Source: Macrostomum lignano | Taxonomy: Eukaryota | Length of the DNA: 64,000 nt | Assembly (NCBI GenBank): GCA_002269645.1 | Contig: NIVC01001993.1 | Coordinates: forward strand, 124,001-188,000 | Direction: 5' to 3' | Shown: in pieces, positions 19,686 to 33,100 of the stretch | Layout of the letters: each line of letters begins with the position of its first letter | How positions within the stretch are numbered: position 1 is the stretch's first letter | Notes under the pieces: generated by a model | Seen by the model: only the letters and a program-made list of their open reading frames with translations | Databases searched by the model: none | Told to the model about the DNA's origin: nothing | Program-made: the position numbers and the translations under genes

Positions 19686-20269
19686 GTTTTTTGTAACTGG
19701 CATTGTCATGTGAAGCGACACTGTCTACGGCTCTGCGATCTATTAGAACAAAACCCTGTGCTTTTCTCTTTTGTACGTATAGAAAAAAAGAATTCGCCAT
19801 GCAAATTTTCTCCTGCAGGAAAAATTTGAATCATCAATAGCAACCCCCTATTCTTTGCTTCATTCTCTCATTCCTTCATCTTTTAGCTAGCAACTGTCTT
19901 CATAATTTCCTTCCCTGGGAGACTGGCTGGGTGGATGGGGCCAAGGCGTGAGTCAGGGTGAAGGATCGGGGGGCTGCCACGCCACGCCGTGGAGAAACTG
20001 AAAAACTTCATTGTGCCAAAAAGTTGGCTTCAGCCTGAGGCGGAGGCAGCTGCAGCATCGCGCTTGCTTCTTGATGAAGCCAGCAGCAGGGGTGTGAAAG
20101 GAAAAAGTGGCTACGGGAGATGCACTTTTGCATGAAATCACCTGCCGCCATGTATTGATCGCATGGCATCGGCTCTCTCTCAGTCTTAGTCATTAAAATC
20201 TGCTTCTGGCTTGTCCGGAGAGAGAGCCACGAGAGACAGGAATGTGAGACTGAAGAGGGACGAGAGGAA

Positions 20270-22835
20270 GATGTGGTGAGACAGGGGTGAGACGGTGTGA
20301 GACAGGAAAAAGACGGGGGTGAGACATGGAAGAGACGGGATGAGACAGGGAAGAGACGGGATGAGACATGGAAGAGACGGGATGAGACAGGGAAGAGACG
20401 GGATGAGACAGGGAAGAGACGGGATGAGACAGGGAAGAGACGGTGTGAGACATGGAAGAGATGGGATGAGACAGGAAAGAGACGGGATGAGACAGGGAAG
20501 AGACGGGATGAGACAGGGAAGAGAAGGGATGAGACAGGGAAGAGACGGGATGAGACAGGGAAGAGAAGGGATGAGACAGGGAAGAGACGGGATGAGACAG
20601 GGAAGAGAAGGGATGAGACAGGAAAGAGACGGTGTGAGACATGGAAGAGATGGGATGAGACAGGAAAGAGACGGTGTGAGACATGGAAGAGATGGGATGA
20701 GACAGGGAAGAGACGGGATGAGACAGGGAAGAGAAGGGATGAGACAGGGAGGAGAAGGGATGAGACATGGAAGAGACGGGATGAGACATGGAGGAGACGG
20801 GATGAGACAGGGAAGAGAAGGGATGAGACATGGAAGAGACGGGATGAGACATGGAGGAGACGGGATGAGACAGGGAAGAGACGGGATGAGACATGGAGGA
20901 GACGGGATGAGACAGGGAAGAGACGGAGTGAGACATGGAAGAGACGGGATGAGACAGGAAAGAGACGGGATGAGACAGGGAAGAGACGGGATGAGACAGG
21001 AAAGAGACGGGATGAGACATGGAGGAGACGGGATGAGACAGGAAGGAGACGGAGTGAGACATGGAAGAGACGGGATGAGACAGGAAAGAGACGGGATGAG
21101 ACAGGAAAGAGACGGGATGAGACAGGAAAGAGACGGGATGAGACATGGAGGAGACGGGATGAGACAGGGAAGAGACGGAGTGAGACAGGGAAGAGACGGG
21201 ATGAGACAGGGAAGAGACGGGATGAGACATGGAAGAGACGGGATGAGACAGGAAGGAGACGGAGTGAGACATGGAGGAGACGGGATGAGACAGGGAAGAG
21301 ACGGGATGAGACAGGGAAGAGACGGGATGAGACAGGGAAGAGACGGGATGAGACAGGAAAGAGACGGGATGAGACAGGAAAGAGACGGGATGAGACAGGG
21401 AGGAGACGGGATGAGACAGGGAAGAGACGGGATGAGACAGGGAAGAGACGGGATGAGACAGGAAAGAGACGGAGTGAGACAGGGAAGAGACGGGATGAGA
21501 CAGGGAAGAGACGGGATGAGACAGGAAAGAGACGGGATGAGACAGGGAAGAGACGGTGTGAGACATGGAAGAGATGGGATGAGACAGGAAAGAGACGGGA
21601 TGAGACAGGGAAGAGACGGGATGAGACAGGGAAGAGAAGGGATGAGACAGGGAAGAGACGGGATGAGACAGGGAAGAGAAGGGATGAGACAGGGAAGAGA
21701 CGGGATGAGACAGGGAAGAGAAGGGATGAGACAGGAAAGAGACGGTGTGAGACATGGAAGAGATGGGATGAGACAGGAAAGAGACGGTGTGAGACATGGA
21801 AGAGATGGGATGAGACAGGGAAGAGACGGGATGAGACAGGGAAGAGAAGGGATGAGACAGGGAAGAGACGGGATGAGACATGGAAGAGACGGGATGAGAC
21901 ATGGAGGAGACGGGATGAGACAGGGAGGAGACGGGATGAGACAGGGAGGAGACGGGATGAGACATGGAAGAGACGGGATGAGACATGGAGGAGACGGGAT
22001 GAGACAGGGAAGAGAAGGGATGAGACATGGAAGAGACGGGATGAGACATGGAGGAGACGGGATGAGACAGGGAAGAGACGGGATGAGACATGGAGGAGAC
22101 GGGATGAGACAGGAAAGAGACGGAGTGAGACATGGAAGAGACGGGATGAGACAGGAAAGAGACGGGATGAGACAGGGAAGAGACGGGATGAGACAGGAAA
22201 GAGACGGGATGAGACAGGAAAGAGACGGGATGAGACATGGAGGAGACGGGATGAGACAGGAAGGAGACGGAGTGAGACATGGAAGAGACGGGATGAGACA
22301 GGAAAGAGACGGGATGAGACAGGGAAGAGACGGGATGAGACAGGAAAGAGACGGGATGAGACAGGAAAGAGACGGGATGAGACATGGAGGAGACGGGATG
22401 AGACAGGGAAGAGACGGAGTGAGACAGGGAAGAGACGGGATGAGACAGGGAAGAGACGGGATGAGACATGGAAGAGACGGGATGAGACAGGAAGGAGACG
22501 GAGTGAGACATGGAAGAGACGGGATGAGACAGGAAAGAGACGGGATGAGACAGGGAAGAGACGGGATGAGACAGGGAAGAGACGGGATGAGACAGGAAAG
22601 AGACGGGATGAGACAGGAAAGAGACGGGATGAGACAGGGAGGAGACGGGATGAGACAGGGAAGAGACGGGATGAGACAGGGAAGAGACGGGATGAGACAG
22701 GAAAGAGACGGAGTGAGACAGGGAAGAGACGGGATGAGACAGGGAAGAGACGGGATGAGACAGGAAAGAGACGGGATGAGACAGGGAAGAGACGGGATGA
22801 GACAGGGAGGAGACAGAGTGAGACAGGAAGAGACG
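20270..22835. repeat. 21-bp purine-rich minisatellite (GAGACAGGGAAGAGACGGGAT), ~120 units, with a 1113-bp internal duplication
   Basis: Direct reading; diagnostic CGGTGTGAGA variants recur at 20441/21554 and 20630/21743. Confidence 0.97.
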
Positions 22836-23688
22836 GGGGGATAAATGAATGCAATTCACTAGCGGAAGCGAAGACTTTAACAAAGCGGCTGTGTGCAGAC
22901 ATCAGAAAGGACGGAAAAGAAGGCCAAAAGACAGTTAGTTTCTCAGTGAGAGCTGAGAAACAAGGCAGCGAGCATCAGCAACAATGGCAACACCTTCCCA
23001 GCCTGGTCCCAGTCTCGCTCATTAGCAGTCTCTCTTCTACAAAAAGAATTTTTTAATCAGTTTTCGCACCGCTGCCGCCATACCTGAGATATTGAGCAGC
23101 TTAACCGGCTGTCGCCTCTGTTTTAAACACACTCTCTTTCTCTCCCTCCCTCTCCAGTCTCCTGTTGATGAGATGAAGCGCTAGCTGAGTTAATTGAGTA
23201 GGGCCTGAAAATATGCTGAGTTCAGCTCATTCAGCGTGAACTTGAGTGTGCGCGGTATCTCGCCCCCCTCCCCCCTGACTGCTTCTCTTTCTCTTTAAAT
23301 TGCTCTAAATTCACCTGCCATGCCCTCCCTTCCTACACAGCATCATATGGACTCATTAGTTCTCAATAGCTTAGTTAAGCTCTAGCTACAGTCAGAAATA
23401 TAGTGGGTTTGAGGCATCCAGAGATCCCATGGTCCAAACTTGATCGGTTCCTAGCTGTACTTGGGCCTGCGCTTACAATAACTATTCAAAGTATTGAAAT
23501 AATTTAATATCGTTTTTCAGACTGTCAGCTATTCAGTCAACAGTTGGCAGGTAAACGAGGCATTGGTGTGTGATTTCCACACTTGTGTGTCATTTTCACT
23601 CGAAAGCAGGTTGTCGCTGCGAAATGCGTTGGCTAGATAGAGGAAGTTGCCAGGATGTTTTGGTACTAATTGGGCAATACCTCACTCA

Positions 23689-25510
23689 AGTTTACCTGTA
23701 AGTTTGTAGGGAGTTTACCTGTAAGTTTGTAGGGAGTTTACCTGTAAGTTTGTAGCGAGTTTACCTGTAAGTTTGTAGCGAGTTTACCTGTAAGTTTGTA
23801 GCGAGTTTACCTGTAAGTTTGTAGGGAGTTTACCTGTAAGTTTGTAGCGAGTTTACCTGTAAGTTTGTAGGGAGTTTACCTGTAAGTTTGTAGGGAGTTT
23901 ACCTGTAAGTTTGTAGGGAGTTTACCTGTAAGTTTGTAGGGAGTTTACCTGTAAGTTTGTAGGGAGTTTACCTGTAAGTTTGTAGGGAGTTTACCTGTAA
24001 GTTTGTAGCGAGTTTACCTGTAAGTTTGTAGCGAGTTTACCTGTAAGTTTGTAGGGAGTTTACCTGTAAGTTTGTAGGGAGTTTACCTGTGAGTTTTTAG
24101 CGAGTTTACCTGTAAGTTTGTAGGGAGTTTACCTGTAAGTTTGTAGGGAGTTTACCTGTAAGTTTGTAGGGAGTTTACCTGTAAGTTTGTAGGGAGTTTA
24201 CCTGTAAGTTTGTAGGGAGTTTACCTGTAAGTTTGTAGCGAGTTTACCTGTGAGTTTGTAGCGAGTTTACCTGTAAGTTTGTAGCGAGTTTACCTGTAAG
24301 TTTGTAGCGAGTTTACCTGTAAGTTTGTAGCGAGTTTACCTGTAAGTTTGTAGGGAGTTTACCTGTAAGTTTGTAGGGAGTTTACCTGTAAGTTTGTAGC
24401 GAGTTTACCTGTAAGTTTGTAGGGAGTTTACCTGTAAGTTTGTAGCTAGTTTACCTGTAAGTTTGTAGGGAGTTTACCTGTAAGTTTGTAGCGAGTTTAC
24501 CTGTAAGTTTGTAGCGAGTTTACCTGTAAGTTTGTAGGGAGTTTACCTGTAAGTTTGTAGCGAGTTTACCTGTAAGTTTGTAGCGAGTTTACCTGTAAGT
24601 TTGTAGCGAGTTTACCTGTGAGTTTGTAGCGAGTTTACCTGTAAGTTTGTAGCGAGTTTACCTGTAAGTTTGTAGCGAGTTTACCTGTAAGTTTGTAGCG
24701 AGTTTACCTGTAAGTTTGTAGGGAATTTACCTGTAAGTTTGTAGGGAGTTTACCTGTAAGTTTGTAGGGAGTTTACCTGTAAGTTTGTAGGGAGTTTACC
24801 TGTAAGTTTGTAGCGAGTTTACCTGTGAGTTTGTAGCGAGTTTACCTGTAAGTTTGTAGCGAGTTTACCTGTAAGTTTGTAGGGACTTTACCTGTAAGTT
24901 TGTAGCGAGTTTACCTGTAAGTTTGTAGGGAGTTTACCTGTAAGTTTGTAGGGAGTTTACCTGTAAGTTTGTAGCGAGTTTACCTGTAAGTTTGTAGGGA
25001 GTTTACCTGTAAGTTTGTAGCGAGTTTACCTGTAAGTTTGTAGGGAGTTTACCTGTAAGTTTGTAGCGAGTTTACCTGTAAGTTTGTAGCGAGTTTACCT
25101 GTAAGTTTGTAGCGAGTTTACCTGTAAGTTTGTAGCGAGTTTACCTGTAAGTTTGTAGGGAGTTTACCTGTAAGTTTGTAGCGAGTTTACCTGTAAGTTT
25201 GTAGCGAGTTTACCTGTAAGTTTGTAGCGAGTTTACCTGTAAGTTTGTAGCGAGTTTACCTGTAAGTTTGTAGCGAGTTTACCTGTAAGTTTGTAGCGAG
25301 TTTACCTGTGAGTTTGTAGCGAGTTTACCTGTAAGTTTGTAGCGAGTTTACCTGTAAGTTTGTAGCGAGTTTACCTGTAAGTTTGTAGGGAATTTACCTG
25401 TAAGTTTGTAGGGAGTTTACCTGTAAGTTTGTAGGGAGTTTACCTGTAAGTTTGTAGCGAGTTTACCTGTAAGTTTGTAGCGAGTTTACCTGTAAGTTTG
25501 TAGCGAGTTT
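23689..25510. repeat. 23-bp minisatellite (GAGTTTACCTGTAAGTTTGTAG[G/C]), array 1, ~79 units
   Basis: Direct reading. Confidence 0.98.
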
Positions 25511-25563
25511 TCGTCTACACGAGCTAGTGGGCGTTGTCTCCAAGGTTTGATTCAAACGATTGG

Positions 25564-26031
25564 CAGAAAGTTCAGAAAGTTCAGAAAGTTCAGAAAGTTT
25601 AAAAAGTTCAGAAAGTTCAGAAAGTTTGAAACGATTGGCAGAAAGTTTTGAAAGTTCAGAAAGTTCAGAAAGTTCAGAAAGTTCAGAAATTTTTGAAAGT
25701 TCAGAAAGTTCAGAAATTTTTGAAAGTTCAGAAAGTTCCGAAATTTTTGAAAGTTCAGAAAGTTCAAAAAGTTAAAAAGTTCAGCAGAAAGTTCAGAAAG
25801 TTTAAAAAGTTCAGAAAGTTCAGAAAGTTCAGAAAGTTCAGAAAGTTCAGAGAGTTTAAAAAGTTCAGAAAGTTTTGAAGGTTCAGAAAGTTTTGAAGGT
25901 TCAGAAAGTTTTGAAAGTTCAGAAAGCTCAGAAAATTTAAAAAGTTCAGAAAGTTCAGACAGTTCAGAAAGTTCAGAAAGTTCAGAAAGTTCAGAAGGTT
26001 CAGAAAGTTCAGAAAGTTCAGAAAGTTCAGA
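25564..26031. repeat. 9-bp minisatellite (AGAAAGTTC)n with variants
   Basis: Direct reading. Confidence 0.95.
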
Positions 26032-26510
26032 ACTAGGCTATGCACTTCCCAGCGAAGCATGGCTTCAAGGTGAAAACCACACGAATTGCGAGATGCCCAA
26101 GCTTTTTTGTTTTTTTTTCATACTAACTTGGCTATTAGTATTGGCACATTAACTATTATTCCTTATATTAATTTCAATTAGTTCTATAGCTGAGCGCGAT
26201 CCTAATTTTCACGATTTGAGCCGGAGAATCAATCAGCCAGAAGAAGAAGACTTTTGTGGAGGCTTTTGCTGACTTTTCCTGCTTACTCAGCAATTCCATT
26301 AGCCAAGCACGGCTTGTTGTTGAGTGTTGAGCTGGGGGCAGCACTTGAGTTGACCGGTGCTCCATCTCTTCAAGTTTCTCTGCAACGTGCCTTGGCTAGG
26401 AAGAGAAAACTTCTTCATCTCATATTTTCTGTTTAAAGAGAGCCAACCATTTTTTTCCAACAGTTCCCGTAGGTGGCTGAGCTGCCATGTTGCCTGAACA
26501 TTTTTAATTA

Positions 26511-27328
26511 ATGACCCTCAGCACCGGGAAGCATGACCCTCAGCACCGGGAAGCATGACCCTCAGCACCGGGAAGCATGACCCTCAGCACCGGGAAGCAT
26601 GACCCTCAGCACCGGGAAGCATGACCCTCAGCACCGGGAAGCATGACTCTCAGCACCGGGATGCATGACCCTCAGCACCGGGATGCATGACCATAAGCAC
26701 AGGAAAGCATGACCCTCAGCACTGAGAAGCATGACCCTCAGCACCGGGATGCATGACTCTCAGCACCGGGATGCATGACCCTCAGCACCGGGATGCATGA
26801 CCCTCAGCACCGGGATGCATGACCCTCAGCACCGGGATGCATGACCCTCAGCACCGGGATGCATGACCCTCAGCACCGGGAAGCATGACCCTCAGCACCG
26901 GAAAGCATGACCCTCAGCACCGGGAAGCATGACTCTCAGCACCGGGATGCATGACCCTCAGCACCGGAAAGCATGACCCTCAGCACCGGGAAGCATGACC
27001 CTCAGCACCGGGATGCATGACCCTCAGCACCGGGAAGCATGACTCTCAGCACCGGGATGCATGACCCTCAGCACCGGGAAGCATGACCCTCAGCACCGGG
27101 ATGCATGACTCTCAGCACCGGGATGCATGACTCTCAGCACCGGGATGCATGACTCTCAGCACCGGGAAGCATGACCCTCAGCACCGGGAAGCATGACCCT
27201 CAGCACCGGGATGCATGACTCTCAGCACCGGGATGCATGACCCTCAGCACCGGGAAGCATGACCCTCAGCACCGGGAAGCATGACCCTCAGCACCGGGAT
27301 GCATGACCCTCAGCACCGGGATGCATGA
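26511..27328. repeat. 22-bp minisatellite (GCATGACCCTCAGCACCGGGA[A/T]), ~37 units
   Basis: Direct reading. Confidence 0.97.
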
Positions 27329-27467
27329 TTTCTCATATCCTCAAAGCACAAACCTAATTTTAAGTTCAGGTAAAATCACCTCTGTTTTATACAGTGAAGG
27401 AAGGTTGCCTTATGATTTTAACACCTGGACGGAAACATAAAAATGCCTTTAACCCGGCCCTGTCCAG

Positions 27468-27584
27468 GTGGTTGAGCGCCAGGCTGAAGTGAAGAGTCTG
27501 TCCGAACAGTTGGAGCAAATGCGACGGCAGAATCTGGAGATGAAGAACGAATTATGCAGAGCCATTCAGAAAGGCGACTCAAGG
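27468..27584 (+). CDS. Coiled-coil protein, exon 3
   Basis: Acceptor CCCTGTCCAG|GTG and donor AGG|GTGAGC; 117 nt, phase 0-0; VVERQAEVKSLSEQLEQMRRQNLEMKNELCRAIQKGDSR continues the coil of exon 2. Confidence 0.82.
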
Positions 27585-27741
27585 GTGAGCTGGAATATTA
27601 ATATTAAACTTTAATAAATACTTAACTAAACGATTATATAATTTTTGTCCTTTGCGAAATCGAAATTTTGGCTGACTGATGGTGGTAATTTTTAGGAAGT
27701 CTATTGCTATGCTTCTGAGAAGTTTACTAGTATGTTTTTAG

Positions 27742-28462
27742 AAAGTTTACAGGCTAGTTTGTAGGGAGTTTACCTGTAAGTTTGTAGGGAGTTTACCTGT
27801 AAGTTTGTAGGGAGTTTACCTGTAAGTTTGTAGGGAGTTTACCTGTAAGTTTGTAGGGAGTTTACCTGTAAGTTTGTAGGGAGTTTACCTGTAAGTTTGT
27901 AGGGAATTTACCTGTAAGTTTCTAGGGAGTTTACCTGTAAGTTTGTAGGGAGTTTACCTGTAAGTTTGTAGGGAATTTACCTGTAAGTTTGTAGGGAGTT
28001 TACCTGTAAGTTTGTAGGGAGTTTACCTGTAAGTTTGTAGCGAGTTTACCTGTAAGTTTTTAGCGAGTTTACCTGTAAGTTTGTAGCGAGTTTACCTGTA
28101 AGTTTTTAGCGAGTTTACCTGTAAGTTTGTAGCGAGTTTACCTGTAAGTTTGTAGCGAGTTTACCTGCAAGTTTGTAGAGAGTTTACTTGTAAGTTTGTA
28201 GGGAGTTTACCTGTAAGTTTGTAGCGAGTTTACCTGTGAGTTTGTAGCGAGTTTACCTGTAAGTTTGTAGCGAGTTTACCTGCAAGTTTGTAGAGAGTTT
28301 ACTTGTAAGTTTGTAGCGAGTTTACCTGTAAGTTTGTAGGGAGTTTACTTGTAAGTTTGTAGCGAGTTTACCTGTAAGTTTGTAGAGAGTTTACTTGTAA
28401 GTTTGTAGCGAGTTTACCTGTAAGTTTGCAAGGAGTTTACCTGTAGGTTTGTGCGGAGTTTG
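27742..28462. repeat. 23-bp minisatellite, array 2 (same unit as 23689-25510), ~31 units
   Basis: Direct reading; more degenerate at both ends. Confidence 0.97.
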
Positions 28463-28699
28463 TCCGTAATTTTGCACTAATTTTACCTGTGGCTATCACT
28501 AGCTTATTTGTTTTGATTTTTTCAGCATATGGAGGGAGTTTGTACTAAATAGTTAATAAAAACTTAGTTTTTCTTAGTTGGAAAAAGACTATCCATATCT
28601 GCAAGCTAATTTGTTAATATTTCGAAAATCTATTGACAAAATGCTAGAAAACTTTGCCAAATCCCGCTTCCATCCGCTCAGACGAGCCGCCTCATGCAG

Positions 28700-29805
28700 G
28701 TCATCGAAGAGGAACGCGAAATCCTCGACGCCACCAGGCGCGAGAACTACCAGCTGCGCGCCAAAGTCGAACTGGACGGCCAGGACATCCAAGGTCTGGA
28801 GGGCCGTCTTGGCGAACTGGAGGCTCAGCTGGGCGAATTGAAGGCCGAAAATGCTGAGCTGGCCAGGCGGCTGACAGAGGCCGCGGACACCATTCGGAGC
28901 AGCGTGTCGGAGAAGAGCGGCAGCCGGCGCGCCGAGCAGGAGGGCGAGGCCGTCAGCCAGCGACTGCGCCAGATGGAGGCGGAGATGAACCGCCTGCGCG
29001 AGGAGGTCGCCGAGCAGCGGCAGCGCCAGAAGAAATCCGCGGCGGAGACCGCGGCGGCGGCGGCAGCGGCGGCCACAGAGGCGGTCGGGCCGCGGGAACT
29101 GCCCGACGACTGGCTGGAGGGCCGATCGGCAGCCGGGCCAGCGGCTGACGGCGGCGAAGGTGGCGGCAGGTCGGAGGAGAGGCGATCGCCGGACAGGCAG
29201 TCCGGGGACGAGTTCGTCCTCGTCTGCACACCGCGCCAGCAGGCGGCGGCATCTCGCAGCGGCGGCGGCGGCCTCAGTATGCGCCGCTATCCGGAGGACC
29301 AGCGGATCTCGCAGAGGGTGAGCGACTTTCTGGCCAGGGTGCCCACAGTTGGCCAGGCGCGCAGGCCAAAATCTGGCGCGGCGGAGTCGGCGGCTACACC
29401 GGTGGCAGACGAAGCGCCCGAGAGGCTGCCGCCGCAGTCACAGCAGGCGCCGCCCCAGCAGCCGTCGGTAGAGCCGCAGCAGCAGCAGCAGCAGGTTGCG
29501 AACCGTCCAAAGCTCATCGACCGGCTGCGCACTCAAGTCGTCCTGCAGCGACGCAACGGCGGCAGTGGAAGCGTCAGTGGCGGTGGTGGCAGCGGCGGCG
29601 CTCCAGCCAGCGACAATCGAGCCGAGCAACAGCGAGCCGTCATCCTGCAGGGCCTGGAGGCGCTGGACTCTTTCCGCAGCGCCTCAACCGCGCGCACCGC
29701 TGTGGGTGGCCCAGCTGCGGCGCCTTCGGCCAGGCCTTCATCGCGGGCAAGCGGCGTGCCACGGCTGAATCTGGACTTCGCCACCAGAGACGGGGCTGAG
29801 CAGCA
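28700..29805 (+). CDS. Coiled-coil protein, exon 4
   Basis: Acceptor CCTCATGCAG|GTC (phase 0); [22 protein letters not shown]...; donor CA|GTGAGT at 29806 (phase 2) overlaps an in-frame TGA. Confidence 0.85.
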
Positions 29806-29818
29806 GTGAGTCTCCGTG

Positions 29819-30166
<348 letters not shown>

Positions 30167-30174
30167 CTCTTACG

Positions 30175-33100
30175 ACTGTCTGTGTGTTTAGCGGGACCTG
30201 AGTTATGTTAATGCGTTACGTGGACCACGCAATTCCGGTTAAAAAATAGAGTCTGTTTTGACAACGCGAAAGGCTAGCTAGGGTTATCTTTTTGTTAACT
30301 TGACGGAATAGCCAGTTCGTGGAAACTGTGGTGGTTCACTAACTACGTTTTGGGGACCGGGTTAGGTGGACCGCAAAAAAACAGTTGGTTTAGTTAGACC
30401 TCTTTCGTTGTAGAAAATTTATTGCTTTAAACTGTTCTTTTGAACTAATTAAAACAGAAATTCTCAAAAAGAACAGATAAAAGGGTTACGACGTCATTTA
30501 ATGAAAATATCCCAAGTTCAAACCAATTTATTTAGCATTATTAATCGGGTTAATCGGGTTAAACAAATGTACGATCGCATTAGTTAGTTGCGTCGCGTGA
30601 ATACAAGAAGGTGAATGAAAATAAAGCATTTTAAAAATAAATACCGAATCATATCAAATACTAACTGTAAACTCATTAAAACTAATTTAGGTCAAAATGT
30701 ATGCTTCAAATACATGTTAACAAACGTAAGATTCCATTAGTTAATAAAGGTCATCCGAGTACGAGCCTACAAGAAGTTGAAGGGCATTTTTAATAACGAC
30801 AAAAGTTACTAAAACTGAAATTAAATTTATTTGACTACATCAGTCCTATTATACTGAATGAGTTGGTGAGCAATCATATGCTAAGCCAATCATTTTACCG
30901 ACTTTCATCTTTTCGTTCACGCAGATGATGGCTTAATCTTCTTATTTTTTCTACGAAATATTCTCCTGGACCTTCCCTGCCTCCGTGGTCCGGGACCGCT
31001 TCTGTTATTGATCTGTCATTGCCTCTCTCACGAAGTTCAGCTTACTCAGCCATCGAATCCGCTTTCGTCAGCTCAGCTCTATGATGAACCTTTCTATATT
31101 TCTCGTCAATTAGTGGTTTGAATCTTCTTTTAAAGTTCGTTTTAACCTTCATCTCGGTGAAACGCAGTCAGTCTCGTCGAGATCAGGCGAACAAAATCAA
31201 CCACAGGCTCCTACAAAGGTAGAAAATAAAATTAACTGACAATCAAACAGACACAGAAATCTGTTCCAGTTGTGTCTGTAGGTTATGTGGACCACCTGAG
31301 AGCCAGAGCCTCAAACAGACAGAGAAATCTGTTCGAGTTGTCTCTGTAGGTTAGATGGACCAGCTATTCTACAGCACTTCTAGGCGATAATCTGAGCCAG
31401 GAATCTCCAAGAGCCTCTCGTTACACATCCAGATGTTCTGCCTTGATGCTGGACTAGCTCACTTTCTAGGAATCTGTTCTGATTGCATTCTAACAAACTG
31501 AAGCATTCTCGGCACTAAACTTTCTCGGCGGCTCTGAGAGCCAGAGCCTCAAACAGACAGAGAAATCTGTTCGAGTTGTGTCTGTAGGTTAGGTGGACCA
31601 GCTATTCTACAGCACTTCTAGGCGATCATCTGAGCCAGGAATCTCCGAGAGCCTTTCGTTACACATCCAGATGTTCTGCCTTGATGCTGGACTAGCTCAC
31701 TTTCTAGGAATCTGTTCTGATTACATTCTAACAAACTGAAGCATTCTCGGCACTAAACTTTCTCAGCGGCTCTGAGATCCAGAGCCTCAAACAGACAGAA
31801 ATCTGTTCGAGTTGTGTCTGTAGGTTAGGTGGACCAGCTACTCCACAGCACTTCTAGGCGATAATCTGAGCCAGGAGTCTTCGAGAGACTTTCGTTACAC
31901 ATCCAGATGTTCTGCCTTGATGCTGGACTAGCTCACTTTCTAGGAATCTGTTCTGATTGCATTGTAACAAACTGAAGCATTTTCTGCACTAAACTTTCTC
32001 GGCGGCTCTAAGAGCCAGAGCCTAAACAGACAGAGAAATCTGCTCGAGTTGTGTCTGTAGGTTAGGTGGACCACCTTCTGAGAAACAAAGCCTCAAACAG
32101 ACTGAGAGAGCTGCTTCAGTTCTGTCTGTAGGTTATGTGGACCATTTAAGAGCCAGAGCCTCAAACAGACAGAGAAATCTGTTCGAGTTGTGTCTGTAGG
32201 TTAGGTGGACCAGCTATTCTACAGCACTTCTAGACGATAATCCGAGCCAGGAATCTCCGAGAGCCTCTCGTTACACATCCAGATGTTCTGCCTTGATGCT
32301 GGACTAGCTCACTTTCTAGGAATCTGTTCTGATTGCATTCTAACAAACTGAAGCATTTTCTGCACTAAACTTTCTCGGTGGCTCTAAGAGCCAGAGCCTA
32401 AACAGACAGAGAAATCTGCTTGAGGAGTTGTGTCTGTAGGTTAGGTGGACCACCTTCTGAGAGACAAAGCCTCAAACAGACTGAGAGAGCTGCTTCAGTT
32501 CTGTTTGTAGGTTATGTGGACCATTTAAGAGCCAGAGCCTCAAACAGACAGAGAAATCTGTTCGAGTTGTGTCTGTATGTTAGGTGGACCAGCTATTCTA
32601 CAGCACTTCTAGGCGATAATCTGAGCCAGGAATCTCCGAGAGCCTCTCGTTACACATCCAGATGTTCTGCCTTGATGCTGGACTAGCTCACTTTCTTTCT
32701 AGGAATCTGTTCTGATTGCATTCTAACAAACTGAAGCATTCTCGGCACTAAACTTTCTCAGCGGCTCTGAGAGCCAGAGCCTTAAACAGACAGAAATCTG
32801 TTCGAGTTGTGTCTGTAGGTTAGATGGACCAGCTATTCTACAGCACTTCTAGGCGATAATCTGAGCCAGGAATCTCCAAGAGCCTCTCGTTACACATCCA
32901 GATGTTCTGCCTTGATGCTGGACTAGCTCACTTTCTAGGAATCTGTTCTGATTGCATTCTAACAAACTGAAGCATTCTCGGCACTAAACTTTCTCGGCGG
33001 CTCTGAGAGCCAGAGCCTAAACAGACAGAGAAATCTGCTCGAGTTGTGTCTGTAGGTTAGGTGGACCACCTTCTGAGAGACAAAGCCTCAAACAGACTGA

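Noticed and set aside
20008-23056. Four 840-960-aa ORFs across the 21-bp array
   Set aside because: The unit is a multiple of 3 and lacks stops in several frames on both strands, so these are artefacts.
25564-26031. (AGAAAGTTC)n as a heat-shock element array
   Set aside because: The TTC-to-GAA spacing is 1 nt, not the 2 nt required by the nGAAn pentamer phasing.
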